Assembly (NCBI GenBank): GCA_964581895.1
Contig: CAZOPR010000001.1
Span: 258,489 to 322,488 of the forward strand
Source of the DNA: an uncultured Brachyspira sp.
GTDB lineage: Bacteria > Spirochaetota > JAAYUW01
Direction: 5' to 3'
DNA length: 64,000 nt
Made by a program: the position numbers and the translations under genes. The notes beneath the pieces are model-generated. The model searched no databases. It saw only the letters and a list, made by a program, of their open reading frames with translations, and was not told where the DNA came from. Positions 60,102 to 64,000 of the stretch are shown piece by piece (positions within the stretch are counted from its first letter, which is position 1; the number at the start of each line of letters is the position of its first letter).

Positions 60102-60725
60102 ATGAATAGATTTTTTACACTTTCAGTCTGTTTGATCTATATTATTTATACCATTATTTTAATATTTGTTAAAAAATCTGCATCTAAAAGGAAAAAGCTT
60201 AATAAAGAAGAAAAGATTTTTTATCTTTATGCTAAAAAAGATTCAATAATTTTAATAACACTTATAATCTTCGAGGTAATTTTTTTATTCTTTTATATAT
60301 TAAAAATTCCTTTTATTTATAAATTTAATATTTACTTATCTACGACTTTAAGATTTTTATCTATTTTTACAGGATGTTTAGGTTTGACTCTTATAGGCTG
60401 GGCAAGTTTTATACTTGATGGTGAGTTTTCAGAAACTATAGAGTTAAAGGAGAATCATCGTTTAATAACCAAAGGACCTTATCACTATATAAGACATCCA
60501 ATTTATTCTGGTTTTATTCTTATGCATCTTGGTATAACTATAGCCCTTTCTAACTTATTAATTTTTTTTATCTTTAATGTTGGTCTTGCTATTTTACTAA
60601 TAGAAAGGATACCAAGGGAGGAAAAAGTATTAAAAGCTTATTTTGGTATAAAATGGATTGAATATTGCAAAAATACAGGCAGGTTTTTACCTAAAAGAGG
60701 CAAAAAAAAGTATGAAATTGAATAA
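60102..60725 (+). CDS. isoprenylcysteine carboxyl methyltransferase (ICMT/PEMT) family membrane methyltransferase
   Basis: C-terminal conserved region LITKGPYHYIRHPIYSGFILMHLGITIAL ... ERIPREEKVLKAYFGIKWIEY, with 4-5 TM helices. Confidence 0.75.
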   Translation: MNRFFTLSVCLIYIIYTIILIFVKKSASKRKKLNKEEKIFYLYAKKDSIILITLIIFEVIFLFFYILKIPFIYKFNIYLSTTLRFLSIFTGCLGLTLIGWASFILDGEFSETIELKENHRLITKGPYHYIRHPIYSGFILMHLGITIALSNLLIFFIFNVGLAILLIERIPREEKVLKAYFGIKWIEYCKNTGRFLPKRGKKKYEIE

Positions 60726-60729
60726 ATAG

Positions 60730-60845
60730 TATTAAAAAGAATAGAAGTTATTAAAAAAATGAAAAATTACTAAAAAAAATAAAAAGTTATCATAAAAATA
60801 AAAAGTTATTAAAAAAATAAAAACACCAAAAAGTTAAAATTCTTT
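60730..60845. repeat. ~20-bp A-rich imperfect tandem repeats (about 5 copies) in intergenic region
   Basis: Units resembling AAAAATAAAAAGTTAT(T/C)A recur, for example AAAATAAAAAGTTATCATAAA, AATAAAAAGTTATTAAAAA and AATAAAAACACCAAAAAGTTAAAA. Confidence 0.5.
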
Positions 60846-60867
60846 TTTAAACCAAAAGGATATAAAA

Positions 60868-61905
60868 ATGCAAAAAATAAAGGATATCAAATTTATATTA
60901 AAAAAATATAAATATGAAAAGCCTTTTCATATAACTGGCGGTATTTCGGACGAATCAACAAATATAGAAGTGGTGATAACTTGCGAAAATGGGATTGAAG
61001 GTTTTGGGGAAGCTTCCCCATCATTTAGAGTGAATGGTGAAAAACCAGAGATGATAATCTCTTTACAGGATTTTGTAAAAAAAACACTTATCGATTTAGA
61101 CATTACAGAATACAGGAAAATCTTTGATATAACAGATAAACTTTTTGCTCTTCCAAGCTTAAAAGCAGCTTTACAGTTTGCAACTTTAGATGCTTTTTCA
61201 AAAAGCTATAACTTAAAAGTATGTCAATTGCTTGGAGCGGCAAAGGATTTTATAATAACAGATAAAACTGCTGGGATTGATACTATCAATAATAGAGTAA
61301 AAGAGATAAAAAAAATAATAGAAGAAGGATTTGAAGTTATAAAGATAAAAGTTGGTGAAAACTTAAAAGAAGATATTGTCACTATGATGGAAATAAAAAA
61401 TTTTATTAAAGATAAAAAAATAATAGTAGATGCAAATATGGGCTATACTCCAAAACAAGCTCTTTTTTTTCTTAATAAGATATATAAAGAAGGGATAGAT
61501 ATAGATGTTTTTGAACAACCTGTTTATATGAAAGATATTGAAGGGCTTAAATTTGTAAGATACAATAGTCCATATCCAGTTGCTGCTGATGAATCTGCCA
61601 AAACGAAATATGATGTTTTTAATCTTATAAAAATGGATGCAGTGGATTATATTAACATAAAACTTATGAAATCTGGAATAAGCGATGCACTTGCTATAGT
61701 TGAAATGGTAAAATCTGCCAATAAAAAACTTATGATTGGTTGTATGGGTGAATCAAGTATTGGCATAAACCAAAGTGTTCAGATCGCTCTTGGAACTGGA
61801 GCATTTGAATTTTGCGATCTAGATAGTCATCTTATGCTAAAAGAGGATAATTTTAGGGGAGATTTTATCCAGGATAAAGATAAAATGAGAGTAAAAAATA
61901 ATTAG
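60868..61905 (+). CDS. enolase-superfamily dipeptide epimerase (MR/MLE family, L-Ala-D/L-Glu epimerase-like)
   Basis: Catalytic KxK IKIKVGEN and metal ligands IIVDANMGY, DVFEQPV and VAADES. The second catalytic Lys lies in DYINIKLMKSG. Confidence 0.7.
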   Translation: MQKIKDIKFILKKYKYEKPFHITGGISDESTNIEVVITCENGIEGFGEASPSFRVNGEKPEMIISLQDFVKKTLIDLDITEYRKIFDITDKLFALPSLKAALQFATLDAFSKSYNLKVCQLLGAAKDFIITDKTAGIDTINNRVKEIKKIIEEGFEVIKIKVGENLKEDIVTMMEIKNFIKDKKIIVDANMGYTPKQALFFLNKIYKEGIDIDVFEQPVYMKDIEGLKFVRYNSPYPVAADESAKTKYDVFNLIKMDAVDYINIKLMKSGISDALAIVEMVKSANKKLMIGCMGESSIGINQSVQIALGTGAFEFCDLDSHLMLKEDNFRGDFIQDKDKMRVKNN

Positions 61906-62000
61906 AAAAAAAAATCATAAAATAATAATAATTTAATAATAATTTAATAATAAAAGTATAAAACAGACTAAGATAAAAATTTAAATATCAGGGAGAAAAG

Positions 62001-63587
62001 ATGATTTTACTTAAAAATGGTATTATCTACGATGGCTCAACAAATCCTCCATATAAGGCAGACCTACTTATAGATAATGATGAAATTATTGATGTATCGA
62101 AAGTAGGGATTGAAAAAAAAGATGCCGAAGTCTATGATTGCAGTAACCTATGTATATCTCCTGGTTTTATAGATGCTCATTCGCACAATGATTTTTTTAC
62201 TATAAAAGAAAATAACTTAAAATATTTCAAGGATTTTATAAGACAAGGAGTTACTACAATGGTAACTGGCAATTGCGGATTTTCAATTGCTGGATATAAA
62301 GAAGGTACTCCTTATCTTAATGAAATTGGTGGTGGTCTTTTTGAAGGCAGCCCTAAAGATTTTGGCTCTTTTAAAAAATGGGGTGAGACTATTGATGGTA
62401 AGTGCCCTGTAAATATTTTGTCGCTTGTTGGACATGGTACTATCAGAATAAGTTTAAACTCTAAAAACAGTAATAAACTAAATGAAAGGCAGATGGAAGA
62501 TCTGGAATATATTGTTGATAAAAGTTTGTCTGAAGGTGCAGCAGGTGTTTCTTTTGGTTTAATGTATGAACCAGGAAGATTTGCTCCATCTGATGAGATA
62601 ATTAAAATTGCTAAGGTTGTTAAAAGGCATAATAAAATAATCTCTTTTCATGCAAGGGCATATTCAAGGGTTTCTACATCTTACGCACCTCCAATAGGAG
62701 TGAGAGCTCATGGGCTTAGGGCAATAGACGAAGTTTTAAGCATTGCCAGACAAACAGGTGTAAAAACTCAGCTTTCTCATCTTATTTTTGTTGGAAAAAA
62801 TTCCTGGAATTATGTCGACGAAGCTCTATCTTTAATGGAAAATGCGGTAAAAGATGGGATTGATATAATGTTTGATACATATTCTACCGATTTTGGTGCT
62901 TCCATAATCTCAGTAGTCTTACCGCCTTGGTACTTAGCACTTTCGAAAAACAATAAACAAAAGCCTCTTGTTAAATTTAGGCTTTTTCTTGAGATAATGA
63001 TGGCTAAAAAGTTTTTGGGATTTGATTTTAATGATATTCTTATTTCAAATACAGCTGGTAAATGTAAAGAAATTGAAGGTAAAACAATTTCTGAACTAGC
63101 AAAACTCTGGAAAATAAACGAATTTTCAGCTTATATGAAGGCTAATGAAAAAACTGATTCAAAGGCAGAAGTTTTAATGTTTAAGTATTCAAATGAAAAG
63201 ATTTTAGAAAAACTTAGAAATCATCCACTTGCCTTATATATGAGCGATGCTTGGGTTAATGATTATGGAATTCAAAATTATGCAATATACTATAATTTTC
63301 CGAAATTTATTTTATTGGCAAAAAACTGTTCTAAACCAATAGAGCAAGCTATAAATAAGATGACATATTTGACAGCTTCCCGATACAATATTAAGTCAAG
63401 GGGTCTTATTAAAAAAGGCTTCAAGGCAGATTTAGTTGCTTTTAACTTTGATAAATTGAGTTATAAAGAAAAATCAGCCGAATCACCAAAAGGTTTTGTT
63501 CATGTTTTTATAAATGGAAAACATGTATTAAAAGATGGTGTTTTAAATGAAGAAATTGCAGCAAAATCTGGTAGATTTATTCAATAA
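62001..63587 (+). CDS. N-acyl-D-amino-acid deacylase (D-aminoacylase) family amidohydrolase
   Basis: Metal-binding PGFIDAHSHND near the N-terminus, 528 aa, and a C-terminal beta-sandwich; typical D-aminoacylase layout. Confidence 0.7.
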   Translation: MILLKNGIIYDGSTNPPYKADLLIDNDEIIDVSKVGIEKKDAEVYDCSNLCISPGFIDAHSHNDFFTIKENNLKYFKDFIRQGVTTMVTGNCGFSIAGYKEGTPYLNEIGGGLFEGSPKDFGSFKKWGETIDGKCPVNILSLVGHGTIRISLNSKNSNKLNERQMEDLEYIVDKSLSEGAAGVSFGLMYEPGRFAPSDEIIKIAKVVKRHNKIISFHARAYSRVSTSYAPPIGVRAHGLRAIDEVLSIARQTGVKTQLSHLIFVGKNSWNYVDEALSLMENAVKDGIDIMFDTYSTDFGASIISVVLPPWYLALSKNNKQKPLVKFRLFLEIMMAKKFLGFDFNDILISNTAGKCKEIEGKTISELAKLWKINEFSAYMKANEKTDSKAEVLMFKYSNEKILEKLRNHPLALYMSDAWVNDYGIQNYAIYYNFPKFILLAKNCSKPIEQAINKMTYLTASRYNIKSRGLIKKGFKADLVAFNFDKLSYKEKSAESPKGFVHVFINGKHVLKDGVLNEEIAAKSGRFIQ

Positions 63588-63626
63588 AAATTTCTAAAAA
63601 TCCTAAAATTTTTCTTAAAATTTATG

Positions 63627-63685
63627 ATTTCTTATTTACAAAATTGAATTTTTAAGATAAAATACAATTGTATTTTGTAAGAAAT
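63627..63685. promoter_or_regulatory. imperfect inverted repeat immediately upstream of cas6
   Basis: ATTTCTTA(TTTA)CAAAAT (63627-63644) pairs with ATTTTGTAAGAAAT (63672-63685) apart from a 4-nt bulge. A 27-nt spacer separates the arms. The element ends 35 bp before the cas6 ATG; a TATATT -10-like hexamer sits at 63693. Confidence 0.3.
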
Positions 63686-63719
63686 TCAATCTATATTAGT
63701 CTTATCATCAGGAGATATT

Positions 63720-64000
63720 ATGAGATTAAGTTTTAGATTATATTTTCAAAAAAATACATTATTTGAACCAAATTATAGACAATATTTCCTTTCATTATTT
63801 AAAGAAGCCTTTATTCAAAGTTCAGATGATGGCGAAGAATTTTTTCAAAAATTTTACAACATAAATACTTCCAAGCCTTTTACATTTTCAGTTTACATGC
63901 CATGCAAAAAGGTTGGTGAAAAACTAAAATTGGATGGTGAATATATTAATCTATTTTTTTCAACAAACAATTATGAATTTTTAATGAGATTGTATAATGG
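63720..64000 (+). CDS. cas6: CRISPR-associated endoribonuclease Cas6, N-terminal 93 aa (3' end beyond window)
   Basis: Self-translated; it is not in the ORF track because it runs off the window. MRLSFRLYFQKNTLFEPNYRQYFLSLFKEAFIQ...SKPFTFSVYMPCKK...YINLFFSTNNYEFLMRLYNG parallels characterised Cas6 (MRFLIRL..Y.QYYLQGLIYNAI...KLFTYSLFM...FFYFST..EALVNGL) motif for motif. RBS GGAG 5 nt upstream. Confidence 0.7.
   Translation, partial: MRLSFRLYFQKNTLFEPNYRQYFLSLFKEAFIQSSDDGEEFFQKFYNINTSKPFTFSVYMPCKKVGEKLKLDGEYINLFFSTNNYEFLMRLYN

Overview
This 64 kb window comes from a very AT-rich bacterial chromosome, roughly 27-30% GC by eye. Proteins are Asn/Lys/Ile-rich and many genes use TTG or GTG starts. 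The organism is probably a diderm, given a LolA-like lipoprotein-sorting operon, a beta-barrel-like secreted protein and lipoprotein signal peptides.

Most of the window is densely packed core genes. Transport: a polar amino-acid ABC operon, an oppABCDF operon, a TAXI-type TRAP system, a PiT phosphate transporter with its DUF47 partner, a CDF metal exporter, and a LolD/FtsX/LolA-like ABC system. Signalling: a cytoplasmic GAF histidine kinase, a hybrid kinase with a periplasmic solute-binding domain and a receiver, a Cache-type MCP, and c-di-AMP synthase cdaA with cdaR. Translation and tRNA: gatC-gatA, tsaB, rsmD, a TrmH-family methylase, miaA and a tRNA-Gln(CTG). Cofactor and isoprenoid synthesis: dxs, folP and pdxJ. 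Also present are gmk-rpoZ, asnA, a UvrD/PcrA helicase, an M23 peptidase, a clostripain-like C11 lipoprotein, and a dipeptide epimerase with a D-aminoacylase.

No rRNA, transposase, integrase or CRISPR array lies inside the window. The last 280 bp do encode the unmistakable N-terminus of a Cas6 endoribonuclease, so a CRISPR-Cas locus almost certainly starts at the right edge and continues beyond it.

Other non-coding signals are three clean rho-independent terminators (one perfectly bidirectional, one inside the opp operon, one inside the TRAP operon) and a striking 71-bp x2 higher-order tandem repeat with 10-11 bp phased T-tracts upstream of an outer-membrane-like gene. There are also several short direct or inverted repeats in promoter regions, and a duplicated DUF192 C-terminal motif that seeds the start of the next ORF.

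I cannot confidently point to a complete novel system. The best candidates are the Cas6-initiated locus at the edge and the cluster of four uncharacterised ORFs around an orphan GAF histidine kinase at 2.4-7.1 kb.
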